Source: a virus. Taken from it: a stretch of DNA of 64,000 nucleotides. The stretch lies in IMG/VR virus record IMGVR_UViG_3300050821_001198, positions 1-64,000 of that record; one strand, 5' to 3'. Of this stretch, positions 36,347-45,493 are shown piece by piece; position 1 is the first letter of the stretch; each line of letters starts with the position of its first letter. The notes beneath the pieces were generated by a model. The model worked only from the letters and a program-made list of their open reading frames with translations, was not told where the DNA came from and did not search any database. A program made the translations under genes and the position numbers.

Positions 36347-38270
36347 CGTCTCGAAGATGCAAGCTCTTGACCTCTAGGGTCGGGAACTTGGCGTACCAGA
36401 GCTTGAGGAAGTAGTTGGCCGTCCACGGCATGTTGGTGAAGGTGTGGATTATGACCTTGCCGCTCGGGTCATAGACACCATCCACGATCCCTCCGGGGGT
36501 GAACTGCCCAGGGATGTCGGAGACGGTGGTACCCGGCTGACCCGTTGTGATCGTATCATCCTTGATGTCGTAGATGAACGGAAGCGGTCCTGCAAGGCTC
36601 TCGCCCGGAGTCGTCCTGTTGGTAAGCGCTACCTTGACCAGAAGAGCGTTTATATCTTCAGGTCGTCCGGCGACTCCGGACACCCGGTCATCCCCCGTGA
36701 GCCGTGCAATAGCCGATATACCAGCATGTCGCCAAGCCACGAGGTAATGATCCGATTCTGCGCTACTGGTCCTTTCCGAAATTCCTCGTAGGTGCGAGCC
36801 GAGGTTTCCGGCTTGAGCAGCCGTGACGTGGGCAACGTAAGGAAACTGATCCTCGAAGCGGTTAGACGGTGAAGGGTTGTCGGGGTCCCGTAGCTCGGGC
36901 ATGTGGGAGTCGTCCGGAAGAGGCGCTCCGTCCACGGCGGGATTGAGACTTTCTTCACGGTGTTGATGTTCGAGGTATTCGCTATAGGTCGGGTATACTG
37001 CGCCGCAGTGTTCACACTTGAATGCTCCACCATTGGTGGAACCAGATTCATTCTCGTAACGCGCCGGATACTGGATGTCATCTGGCTGCGTAGGATTCGG
37101 GTCGGCGTTGTTGTGAAGGTCAAGATGCTCAAGGGGTTTCACCACGTTATCGTTGTAGGCTAGTAGAGTGTGTCCCTGATCCTCGCACCACTCGCTGAGA
37201 CAGGCGAACACGCGCTTGTCATCCTCGAATGCGACGTGACGCATGGACAAAGGGTAATCGGGCTGAGTCAAAACTTGTACACGGGTATAACCGCTCGTGG
37301 TTGTCAGCGCCCCGGTAATGCGGGAATCTTCAACCAGCGAAAGAGCACCATACCGATGGACAATCACCAACTCGCCCGCATTCGTATACGCAAAGTAGGT
37401 CCGACTGCTGGACTTGCCGAGGAACGCTTCATCGTCTATAGGCGTCCCGTCAGCCTGGGCAAGCCCTCCCCAACTCCAGCCAGCGTGCTTCCCGTAGTCC
37501 TTGAGGACTCGCATGAGAGCGTTGGGGCTAATGTTCCCGGTTGCATGCCAGAATGCTACCCCATCTGACACATCTACTGTCCCTGCTGACATTGGTCCCA
37601 TGTGATTGGGCTCCGCTCCCGTGTGGCCTAGGAGGTCTTCGTGGCTGTGGAACGGTGACACTTCGAGGGACCCGTTAGCGTAGACGTACTTGTACTCGCC
37701 ATTGGCTGTGTCGGTGAGATCGTCGTGCATATAACGCTGGTCCATGTCGTCAATATTCTGTGGCGTCTCGCCCGGATAGGCGTCCCCAATCATGTCGGCA
37801 AACTTATGGAGCGCATCAGGGTTGTCGAAGAGCCGGTTAGCACGCTGAGCAAATCGCGCGGCCCGTTCATTGTTGAGCGCGGGCACAATCTCAATGCCAG
37901 CGTAGAACGGGTGAGAAGACTTCTTGAAGACGACAGGACCCGGCCGGTGGCTACGGTGTCGAGGCTGTAGCTCCAGTCCGGTGTCGTCGGGGTGAATCTT
38001 CATCCCGTTGAGAGATGGGTGTGCGGGCTTCTGAGCGAAGAGATCGCCGGTCAGGTCTAGGACGTACTTCCCGTCCTTACTGAGCCACACGTAGTGGCCG
38101 TCCTTGCGTGCGACGTGTCCACCGAGGCGATTGGCCAGCCAAGAAGCTGTGACGTAGCATTGCCCCGCCGACCGCTGCGGGTGACCCTTGAACGCCGGGT
38201 GACGTGTGTCATCGTCCCATGCACGCTCTGCGGCCTCTCGTAGAAGGTGAAGCTCGCCCTGGCTGAGCAT
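36306..38270 (-). CDS. modular protein with N-terminal papain-like (YunG-like) Cys-His-Asp domain and internal Zn finger
   Basis: SAGQCYVTA...GHYVW...VLDLTGD; CEHC...H. Confidence 0.7.
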   Translation of the reverse strand: MLSQGELHLLREAAERAWDDDTRHPAFKGHPQRSAGQCYVTASWLANRLGGHVARKDGHYVWLSKDGKYVLDLTGDLFAQKPAHPSLNGMKIHPDDTGLELQPRHRSHRPGPVVFKKSSHPFYAGIEIVPALNNERAARFAQRANRLFDNPDALHKFADMIGDAYPGETPQNIDDMDQRYMHDDLTDTANGEYKYVYANGSLEVSPFHSHEDLLGHTGAEPNHMGPMSAGTVDVSDGVAFWHATGNISPNALMRVLKDYGKHAGWSWGGLAQADGTPIDDEAFLGKSSSRTYFAYTNAGELVIVHRYGALSLVEDSRITGALTTTSGYTRVQVLTQPDYPLSMRHVAFEDDKRVFACLSEWCEDQGHTLLAYNDNVVKPLEHLDLHNNADPNPTQPDDIQYPARYENESGSTNGGAFKCEHCGAVYPTYSEYLEHQHREESLNPAVDGAPLPDDSHMPELRDPDNPSPSNRFEDQFPYVAHVTAAQAGNLGSHLRGISERTSSAESDHYLVAWRHAGISAIARLTGDDRVSGVAGRPEDINALLVKVALTNRTTPGESLAGPLPFIYDIKDDTITTGQPGTTVSDIPGQFTPGGIVDGVYDPSGKVIIHTFTNMPWTANYFLKLWYAKFPTLEVKSLHLRDDGGGDTRLADWHG

Positions 38271-39037
38271 TAGAACGGCATCTCCGAATGTGGCTCGGTG
38301 GTCTCGGGCATAGCGTCGTTGTTCGGAAGCATGTAAGGGTTACGGAACGGAACTTCCTCTAGAAGTCGGTAAGTGCCATTTGGCCGGTAGAAGCCGATGC
38401 CTGTTCGGGGCTGTCCGCGATAGCTCCCCCAGGGCTCATTGAGGGTGAACGGCTTGACGTAAATGTCGGCCAGTGAACGTCGGAAATCCAGCGCCACGAG
38501 CACGCCCAGAATCCCCTTGTAGCCCGCCTCTGCTGCGGCTGCGTTCTTGGTGATCTTCTCATCTGGCCCCACATTGAACTGAAGGGCGGCGTTGTCAACG
38601 TTGTACGACCGGACTTCGATACCCCATTCCTCGGTAGCCATGTCAAGGGGCGACGTGTAAGTGGGAGAGGTCCACACGATCTTCCCGTACCCGGGCAAGT
38701 ACCCGATCTCTTTGAGCAGGTTCTCCCCGATGTCTCCCTGCTCCTTGAGTGACAACCCGGAGCGAGTGGCACCGCCGGGGCCAACCGCCAATTGCATCTG
38801 GGCGTTGCCCATCTGGTCGGCCATCTCAGGCGTTGTGCCGCAGTTCGGACAGGTCTGTGTAAGGCTGAGTCCAGGGGCGTGCATGAAACCGCACCCATTG
38901 TGGGCGCAGGGAGAAAACCCCGCGTCCATGAGGTTAGTGCGCTCATTCTGGTCATAGGCAAGCTGTCCTGTTCCCTGTCCCGGGACTTGGGACTCTGGTT
39001 CCTGTGTCGGATCGGCTAGCGGGTCCTCGGGGTTCAT
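38270..39037 (-). CDS. Zn-ribbon plus PD-(D/E)xK-like nuclease domain protein
   Basis: C..NGC..CPNC; GDIGE...PLD......IEVR. Confidence 0.6.
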   Translation of the reverse strand: MNPEDPLADPTQEPESQVPGQGTGQLAYDQNERTNLMDAGFSPCAHNGCGFMHAPGLSLTQTCPNCGTTPEMADQMGNAQMQLAVGPGGATRSGLSLKEQGDIGENLLKEIGYLPGYGKIVWTSPTYTSPLDMATEEWGIEVRSYNVDNAALQFNVGPDEKITKNAAAAEAGYKGILGVLVALDFRRSLADIYVKPFTLNEPWGSYRGQPRTGIGFYRPNGTYRLLEEVPFRNPYMLPNNDAMPETTEPHSEMPF

Positions 39038-39055
39038 ACAACCCTTATCGGGTCG

Positions 39056-39265
39056 CTAGACCGGCTTACGCTTGTCGTGCTCGCGGATCGCCGCTAGGTG
39101 AGCGCCGCCGTCACAGTGGGCACACAGCACAACAGGAAGAGTAGGACGGAAGAAGCCGCTGGCCGTTACCTCGTCCGGCAATACGATGATGCGATGCTCG
39201 GGCACGTCTCCGTGCTTTGCCCGCCTGCATACTGTTGGGATCTCAGGTGGCTCTACGGTCGCCAT
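39056..39265 (-). CDS. small hypothetical protein
   Basis: CAHCD motif; AAGG RBS. Confidence 0.6.
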   Translation of the reverse strand: MATVEPPEIPTVCRRAKHGDVPEHRIIVLPDEVTASGFFRPTLPVVLCAHCDGGAHLAAIREHDKRKPV

Positions 39266-39268
39266 TGC

Positions 39269-39490
39269 TTACCTTGGAATCTCGATACAGCCAAACCCGC
39301 AAGTAAACGCTCGACCGCGCCTGCGACAAGTGCGAGTGCATCGGTTGCAGTGAACGAGCCCCTTGGAACAAGTGGAGTATCTCGCGGACGGCACCGCGTA
39401 TACAGTGCCCCCGTGCTCGCACTCGTACTCATGCTTGATCGGTCGGTCGTTGATGACCTCTCGCGGGATAACCTGTGGCTGTCCATCCAT
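39269..39490 (-). CDS. small Cys-rich protein
   Basis: Multiple Cys motifs; AAGGA RBS. Confidence 0.6.
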   Translation of the reverse strand: MDGQPQVIPREVINDRPIKHEYECEHGGTVYAVPSARYSTCSKGLVHCNRCTRTCRRRGRAFTCGFGCIEIPR

Positions 39491-39495
39491 GATCC

Positions 39496-40098
39496 TTAGT
39501 CCTTGCGGTTGACGATCTGCTTCATCACGTCACCAGCGATAGTGACGAATGCCGTCTGAGCGGCCTGACCGGCGGTCTCATCAATCTGAGCGCCAAAGAA
39601 GTAGGGAGCAAGTCTGCCACTGTCATCCGGAGCCGGTGCGACTGTGACCACCATGAAGGCCGCTCCTGAGGTCATTACCTCGATGGCCTTGCGAAGCATC
39701 CCGGCGTAGTTGTCGATCTCTTCCTCATCGGTAGGCGGTGCTGCTCCTGCTGTTGCTAGAAGGCGTCGTAGGATCTCCGACTCGACCCCTTCCTGACCGC
39801 CTAGCACGGGCGTCGGTTCCTCGATGTCCTCGGGGATCTCTTCCTCGGTGATCTCCGGGGGAGCGATTACCTCAAAGTGGGCGGCGTAGGTCCACATGTT
39901 CCGCTCGTTGTTGTAACGCATGTGCTTCTTATCCCAGATTACAAGGATACGCTCGAACTTCTCGGGATCGATTGTGTACTCCCCGATGGTTGCCTCGGCA
40001 CCAGCAAAGGACAATGGGTACACCTTGTCGTACCCCGGACGTAGGCGGACTCGGGACCCCTTGGTGTATGGAAGTGGCTCGTTACTAGTCTCTGACAC
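39496..40098 (-). CDS. hypothetical protein (SH3-like N-terminus)
   Basis: KGSRVRL...G...I.......V.WD. Confidence 0.7.
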   Translation of the reverse strand: MSETSNEPLPYTKGSRVRLRPGYDKVYPLSFAGAEATIGEYTIDPEKFERILVIWDKKHMRYNNERNMWTYAAHFEVIAPPEITEEEIPEDIEEPTPVLGGQEGVESEILRRLLATAGAAPPTDEEEIDNYAGMLRKAIEVMTSGAAFMVVTVAPAPDDSGRLAPYFFGAQIDETAGQAAQTAFVTIAGDVMKQIVNRKD

Positions 40099-40327
40099 TT
40101 GTCCGCGCTATCAAGGAGATGAGTCGGTCGGCTGTTCTGAGGCCGACATACACCATGACCACCTTCGACAGACGGTTTAGTGCCTTGACAGGGAGGGTGG
40201 CCGTCAGCGCCGCTGTGGCCATCACAAGCATGTCCGGATCAGTAAGTGCAGATTCATAGATGCCCCTGCCAACGGCCGTGGCAAACTCAGGAAACTGCCG
40301 TTCTTTGTCTGTGAGAATCGTCGTCAT
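40085..40327 (-). CDS. hypothetical hydrophobic protein
   Basis: ATGA overlap. Confidence 0.55.
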   Translation of the reverse strand: MTTILTDKERQFPEFATAVGRGIYESALTDPDMLVMATAALTATLPVKALNRLSKVVMVYVGLRTADRLISLIARTSVRD

Positions 40328-40788
40328 CGGTAACTTCCAACTGAAGTGACTGAACTGTAGCACTCTTGAGGGAGTCGTACAAGTGTGTCACTATAGAGGT
40401 CAACAAACCCCTCCATTACCTCAGGGGGAACCCGCGTTTCGTCGGGTCGGGCAGCATTACGAGCCCGTGCCTCATCGAGATTCTTGAACAGGATGAAGTG
40501 GGTATCGGCGTGACAATCGCTAGCCACGTCCCGGATTCGCTGACGATGCTCCACGGTCAGAAAGGTTGCGTCGGCAACCACATCAACGTCGTGCTGAAGG
40601 GCCGTAGCAATCTCCCCGTAGAACACATCCCAAGGCTTGATGTCCTCCCGATGCGCCTCTTTGAGCGATCCGGCTAGGCGCTTGCGAATCACATCGGACG
40701 AGACGATCTTGTAGTGGTATCGGAATAGCTCTGCCAGTGTGCTCTTCCCGCAACCCGGGACTCCAGCGAGGATGATTAGGTTACTCAT
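40324..40788 (-). CDS. P-loop kinase (polynucleotide kinase/AAA_33-like)
   Basis: LIILAGVPGCGKST, SSDVIR, VVADAT, RNAAR...VP. Confidence 0.85.
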   Translation of the reverse strand: MSNLIILAGVPGCGKSTLAELFRYHYKIVSSDVIRKRLAGSLKEAHREDIKPWDVFYGEIATALQHDVDVVADATFLTVEHRQRIRDVASDCHADTHFILFKNLDEARARNAARPDETRVPPEVMEGFVDLYSDTLVRLPQECYSSVTSVGSYR

Positions 40789-40975
40789 CGACGCCCACCG
40801 CGTCATACCCGAACTCTGACAGGACGGACAACACAGCCACCTTGACCTCTTCAACCGGCATCTCCATATCGGGGCTCTTAGCCATGAAGACGGCCGTCGT
40901 CGCCCCCGCAATCAGATAGGCAAGCTCCTTGAGCTTGGTGGCGCTAAGCGTGTATTGGGTCTCGGTGGCTGTCAT
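40781..40975 (-). CDS. hypothetical protein
   Basis: ORF in chain. Confidence 0.6.
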   Translation of the reverse strand: MTATETQYTLSATKLKELAYLIAGATTAVFMAKSPDMEMPVEEVKVAVLSVLSEFGYDAVGVDE

Positions 40976-41244
40976 TTCCCTGCCGCCTCTAGTGCGTTGT
41001 GGAGAGTGAAGAAGTCCTCATCGGATAGATGAGACGCACCATGATTGAGCCAGTCCCGGATCTCATCCAGGGCAGCCCCATAACGCGCCGTCTGAGCCGC
41101 CGTCTTCTGGACGCCCACCGCGTTCTCGATAGCAGCCTCATAGAGAGTCTTGTACTTGACGGCATCTTGCTCAGCGGGAGTAGCGGGCCGGTCAAGGCGC
41201 TCTTGTTCCTGGGCAAATGCACTCTTATCACTGAACAGGCTCAT
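40972..41244 (-). CDS. hypothetical protein
   Basis: ORF in chain. Confidence 0.6.
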   Translation of the reverse strand: MSLFSDKSAFAQEQERLDRPATPAEQDAVKYKTLYEAAIENAVGVQKTAAQTARYGAALDEIRDWLNHGASHLSDEDFFTLHNALEAAGK

Positions 41245-41434
41245 CGTCTATCTTCTCCGCAAGAAGCGCCAGTGTCGCCTCTAGATCTAGGGTGATTGGT
41301 GAGGAACGGTTCTGCCGATTTAGCTTGAGATAGCTGTCGGACAGATCCCGGACGTAGAAGAAGTTGTAGGCCGCAGTGAGGCTCTCGATGACACGATTTG
41401 CCTCTACCTCGGTGAGAGTGATCGCTTTAGGCAT
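41228..41434 (-). CDS. hypothetical protein
   Basis: ORF in chain. Confidence 0.6.
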   Translation of the reverse strand: MPKAITLTEVEANRVIESLTAAYNFFYVRDLSDSYLKLNRQNRSSPITLDLEATLALLAEKIDDEPVQ

Positions 41435-42053
41435 TGAGCAGTTGTCCCTTCTCGACTAGGTAGGTTCGCAGGAGAGCCCAGGACGGTGCCAGGTACACAC
41501 CGGGGACATCCGTGAGTGAGAGGTTCTGAGTGACATGAAGTCCGAATCCCAGACGACGCATGTCATCGTTCTGCGAACCGTGCTTGTACTTCCAGTCGAA
41601 GTCATACACGAACTCTACCAGAGTCTTAGCCCGGTCGTCAATGATGTACTGACAGTGACGAACGCGCGGGATCTTGCTCTCGAAGGTGCAAATGAGATTC
41701 CCGGCGGGGAAACCACAATTGTCAAGCCACTGTGCGGTTGCATCGTAGGTCTTTGGAGCGCGGGTCGAGATGTAGGTGATCTCATTGCCCGCCTCACAAA
41801 TCTCGTTGAGGACATCGACGGCATCCTTGAACGGCTCTTGAGACAAAATGCAGTCATCCTCGTGAACCTTGGCGATCACGTCATCGAAGAACCCGTTACA
41901 TAGCTCCCCGGCCGAACGCCAGTCCGACCAGATGGAGTAGGCAGCCTGCTTGGCTCGCTGGGCATCTTCACCCGGCCAGTCAATCAGTTCTTGCCGTGCG
42001 GCCTGGCAGAACGAGTAGAGAGTGTCATCGATGTCGATTGCGACGTGGGTCAC
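41427..42053 (-). CDS. HAD-family 5'(3')-deoxyribonucleotidase-like protein
   Basis: AIDIDDTL, ISTR, K, IIDDR. Confidence 0.82.
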   Translation of the reverse strand: MTHVAIDIDDTLYSFCQAARQELIDWPGEDAQRAKQAAYSIWSDWRSAGELCNGFFDDVIAKVHEDDCILSQEPFKDAVDVLNEICEAGNEITYISTRAPKTYDATAQWLDNCGFPAGNLICTFESKIPRVRHCQYIIDDRAKTLVEFVYDFDWKYKHGSQNDDMRRLGFGLHVTQNLSLTDVPGVYLAPSWALLRTYLVEKGQLLNA

Positions 42054-42695
42054 TCAGACGCACCCACAGGGGACTTCAAGCGCCGCATCGTGGTCATAGT
42101 GGCTGATTGCCTCCACGATCTTGTCGCGTAGCTCATCGACGGTTCCACCATTGATGATGCAGCGGTGGATCAGGGTGGGGTCAAGACCCGACTCAGAAGC
42201 GTGTGCGCTCTCGATTATCTCGTCTCCGGTCGGCCGAATGATGTTCCAGATCACCCCGCCATTCTCGATGACTCGCGCCGCCTCGTTGGGAAAACGAACA
42301 TCGGTGACCACCACCATCTCCTTCTTGGGATTCCACAGAGGCGGGAGTGTCTGATCGACCCAGAAGCTATCCGAGAAGACCTCTCTGTGAGCTTCCGTGC
42401 CATACCATTGCAAATACTCTCGACCGCTCAGGACGGCGTAATACGGCTTCCCCGACATGGACTCCACCTTGATGATGGCGTCACCCTTGAGAGCGTTGCA
42501 GAAGTCGATACAGGCAGCCGCGTTACCCTTGAACCCCAGGGCACGGGCCGCCGACACCTTGAGCGGATCAGCGAACGCTCGCCGTACAACCCCAAAGCCC
42601 TTCAGGGCCGCTCCTGATAGCTCACCGATCTCGGTGAGCAGTTGGTAGGTGAGATCTTTGCCTGCCCCGGCACGCCCCGTCAGTCCGAGGATCAC
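42054..42695 (-). CDS. deoxynucleoside monophosphate kinase
   Basis: GLTGRAGAGKD, FADPLK, REYLQWYGTE, DVRFPNEA, HASE. Confidence 0.9.
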   Translation of the reverse strand: MILGLTGRAGAGKDLTYQLLTEIGELSGAALKGFGVVRRAFADPLKVSAARALGFKGNAAACIDFCNALKGDAIIKVESMSGKPYYAVLSGREYLQWYGTEAHREVFSDSFWVDQTLPPLWNPKKEMVVVTDVRFPNEAARVIENGGVIWNIIRPTGDEIIESAHASESGLDPTLIHRCIINGGTVDELRDKIVEAISHYDHDAALEVPCGCV

Positions 42696-43294
42696 AGTTC
42701 ACCAATCGCATGGAGAAGCTCTGCCGCGTCGAGGACTTCCGGGGTCTCGCTATAGTCGTCGCCCGCAATCGCGAACAGACGCGCGATCACCCTGCCCCGT
42801 AGATCGGGGTACACAGCCGTCACCTTATACTCGTACGTGGTGTCCGCTCCGAACGGATGCGGCCCGACCTCTGAGTAGGAGACGCCCGGAGGGTCATACT
42901 GGTCCCGTGGATCGCAGTCACTCGTACATACCTCGCCGGGTCCACATGTGCATGGACCGTAGCTGATCTCCGTTTTCGGCGGCGGACAGTCAGAACACGC
43001 ATCGCCATCAACACAGGGGCAGGAGCCCCCTGGTGGACACGTACCGCCGCAGGCGCAGTCTGCGCTCTCGTAAGAGACATCATCCTCGTATTCCTGGCGT
43101 TCGGCAATGCAGTGAAGGCAATCACAGAAACCGTCGTCACTCGCCCCCTCATCGACGTTACCGGCACCGAACACTCCGACGAGGAAGTCCGAGAACCCTG
43201 TTACCACCTGTTTGGTGGGTTGATCGTCTACTGCTAGTGCAACTTCGTCGTGACAGGCGCAGTTGGCGTCTTCACATTCAGCGGTGAAAGGCAT
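42692..43294 (-). CDS. acidic Cys-rich (metallothionein-like segments) protein
   Basis: CACGGTCPPGGSCPC...C..C, CTCG...C...C. Confidence 0.6.
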   Translation of the reverse strand: MPFTAECEDANCACHDEVALAVDDQPTKQVVTGFSDFLVGVFGAGNVDEGASDDGFCDCLHCIAERQEYEDDVSYESADCACGGTCPPGGSCPCVDGDACSDCPPPKTEISYGPCTCGPGEVCTSDCDPRDQYDPPGVSYSEVGPHPFGADTTYEYKVTAVYPDLRGRVIARLFAIAGDDYSETPEVLDAAELLHAIGEL

Positions 43295-43378
43295 ACTGTT
43301 CTCCGTAGGGATACGATCAGCCTGAGCATGCGCCCAAGCCGGTCCAGGGCTTTATCTAGTCGATGTGCAGGTTCCGGC

Positions 43379-43585
43379 TTACGTCTGTGTAAATGAGAGT
43401 AGGAACCCATGTCTCCCAGAAACCTCGTTGACTGTGTTGACGATCTCCGTAACAACGTCATCGGGAAGGACGTTACCATATCCGTCCCACACAGTCAAGT
43501 GAACCGCATTCGAGCGTTCGACGTACCCCTCTTTGCGCCGCTTCGAGGGCTTGCGGGGCGGCTTACGGGCTTTCTTCTCTGCCAT
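43379..43585 (-). CDS. small protein with basic N-terminus
   Basis: MAEKKARKPPRKPSKRRK; TAATG overlap with a 40-aa ORF at 43585..43707. Confidence 0.6.
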   Translation of the reverse strand: MAEKKARKPPRKPSKRRKEGYVERSNAVHLTVWDGYGNVLPDDVVTEIVNTVNEVSGRHGFLLSFTQT

Positions 43586-43706
43586 TAGATTCCCTGTACC
43601 CGATCCCAGATGCGATTCAGCATCCGTGTTGTGTGGAAGCGAAGCATGGCATACTTCAGAAGCCCCTTGTCGTAGCGGTAATACGGTGTCGTTGTGGGAG
43701 TGGCCA

Positions 43707-44198
43707 TTAGACGATCCTGTCACCCTTCGTGCGATTACATGGAATGTGAGATGGCTGCACGTTGATGTAACCGTGCCGCCCTCCCCTGGCTAGCGGGATC
43801 ACATGGTCTACTTCAAACTCACCATTGATGAATTCCTTGCAGATTCCACACATCCCTCCGTGCATACGGAAGACCACATTGCGGTCTATGTCTTCGATAA
43901 ACGCTCCGAGAATCCTTGCCCTACGTCGGTGTACACCAAGCATCGCATTAGCTTTCCGCTTCTCCGTATGCTTGGCATAATCTCGTTGAGCCATCTCATA
44001 GAGCTTATCTGGGTTCTTCGCTCTCCAATCGGCTCGTGCCTCATTCTGACACGAGCGGCACTTCCCCACACGACCATCTCGGCCTGCCGTACCATTACGT
44101 ACGAAGTCCTCGTGCGGTTTTACAAGTCCACACGGTCCGTTACATCGCTTTAGTCCTAGCAGACGCAATCGTTCAAACTCGGGTTGTATGCCCTTCAT
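43707..44198 (-). CDS. HNH endonuclease
   Basis: CGICK...EVDHVIPLARGG.H...NVQ..H..CN..KG; N-terminal Zn finger. Confidence 0.9.
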   Translation of the reverse strand: MKGIQPEFERLRLLGLKRCNGPCGLVKPHEDFVRNGTAGRDGRVGKCRSCQNEARADWRAKNPDKLYEMAQRDYAKHTEKRKANAMLGVHRRRARILGAFIEDIDRNVVFRMHGGMCGICKEFINGEFEVDHVIPLARGGRHGYINVQPSHIPCNRTKGDRIV

Positions 44199-45493
44199 TA
44201 GGAGTAACGCTGATCCCGAAAGTACAGGACATCGTTGACGTACGTTGCAAGCTCTAGCTTGAACTTGCCATCGGGCCACACGGTAGCCGTGCCAAAGCCC
44301 TGCTGCCAGTCGGGGTTGACTGTGTAGCCTAGCCCATCAGACGTACACATACAGCCAGTCTCCATCGCCGCGATCACGCCGGGGTTACCGTCGATGTCAT
44401 GGATCGTCTTGTGAACGATTGACTGGCGGTGAACATGGCCGATCACGATTGAGTGACCTAGCGTCTCAAGAGTGGCTAGTGCTGACGCACCGGCACCCTT
44501 GCGAACAAGCCAACCGTGGCGAGCGGCGAGATTCTGACACACCTTGTGCGCCGCCTGCTCGTATTCGCCATCCGGCGTGATGTACTTGATCCCTAGTTCG
44601 TCCAGACGGAGTAGGTAAGGAATCGACATGACTGGTAGCTCTTCCTTCTGACCGGGCACTAGGGCTCGGCGGACACCGTAGATCCGTGGCATCTTGGCGA
44701 GGATGGCATCACGCATTCGTGCATCATGGTTACCTTCAAGCATGACCCACTCGGTGGACTCACTGGCTTGCACATACTCGCGCTTGACCATGTAGGTCTC
44801 ATCGAGACAGACCTGAACGGCCTCGTCCCACTCGGGGTTGTCGGGATACTTCGACAACTGCGAGAAGTCACCAGAGTCACCCATCATGACACCCTCGTCG
44901 GGCTTGTTGTACTCAAGCCACTCGCAGAAGAGTCCGTGGAGTCTCCGGTCGTGCTTGGGGGCCTGCTGGTCACCGACGAACACGATCCTGCGGATGTTGT
45001 TGTCGCCGTCGTATCTGACTGCTAGCGGCCGTCTCCGGATGTAGTCACCGGGGACGCGGGCCGGGATGATGAGTGTCAACGGAGCCTTCCGCTTGTAGTT
45101 CACCGTCAACTGCTTCATCAGCACGATGCGGTTGTCACCACTGGCCTTGTCTGAGGTCATGGCGTTCCACTCATTGACCTTGAGATTCACTACCTCCCAA
45201 TCGTCGGGCTCTAGGCCGCGCTCACGGAGAAGATCGTCGGGAGTGTTGACGGTTGTACCGGGCTGGGTGATGATCTCCGCGTCATCGCCCTCTAGCTTGA
45301 AACTTGCCTTGACGGCTGGACTCTTCCGAATCCCCCACCTACGCACTGCGCGGCGAACTGAATGGCGGGTAGTTTGCAGATCGTGACAATCTTCTAGGAT
45401 GTCTGCAATCTGCTGGTATGAGCGCCCTTCGTTCACGCAGTTCGTGATCAGATCACGGTACGCTTCGATGGGGCTCGGATTATTTAGGCTCAA
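44198..45493 (-). CDS. calcineurin-like metallophosphoesterase with N-terminal HTH
   Basis: GDQQ, GDSGD, GNHD, HG, GHVHR. Confidence 0.85.
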   Translation of the reverse strand: MSLNNPSPIEAYRDLITNCVNEGRSYQQIADILEDCHDLQTTRHSVRRAVRRWGIRKSPAVKASFKLEGDDAEIITQPGTTVNTPDDLLRERGLEPDDWEVVNLKVNEWNAMTSDKASGDNRIVLMKQLTVNYKRKAPLTLIIPARVPGDYIRRRPLAVRYDGDNNIRRIVFVGDQQAPKHDRRLHGLFCEWLEYNKPDEGVMMGDSGDFSQLSKYPDNPEWDEAVQVCLDETYMVKREYVQASESTEWVMLEGNHDARMRDAILAKMPRIYGVRRALVPGQKEELPVMSIPYLLRLDELGIKYITPDGEYEQAAHKVCQNLAARHGWLVRKGAGASALATLETLGHSIVIGHVHRQSIVHKTIHDIDGNPGVIAAMETGCMCTSDGLGYTVNPDWQQGFGTATVWPDGKFKLELATYVNDVLYFRDQRYS

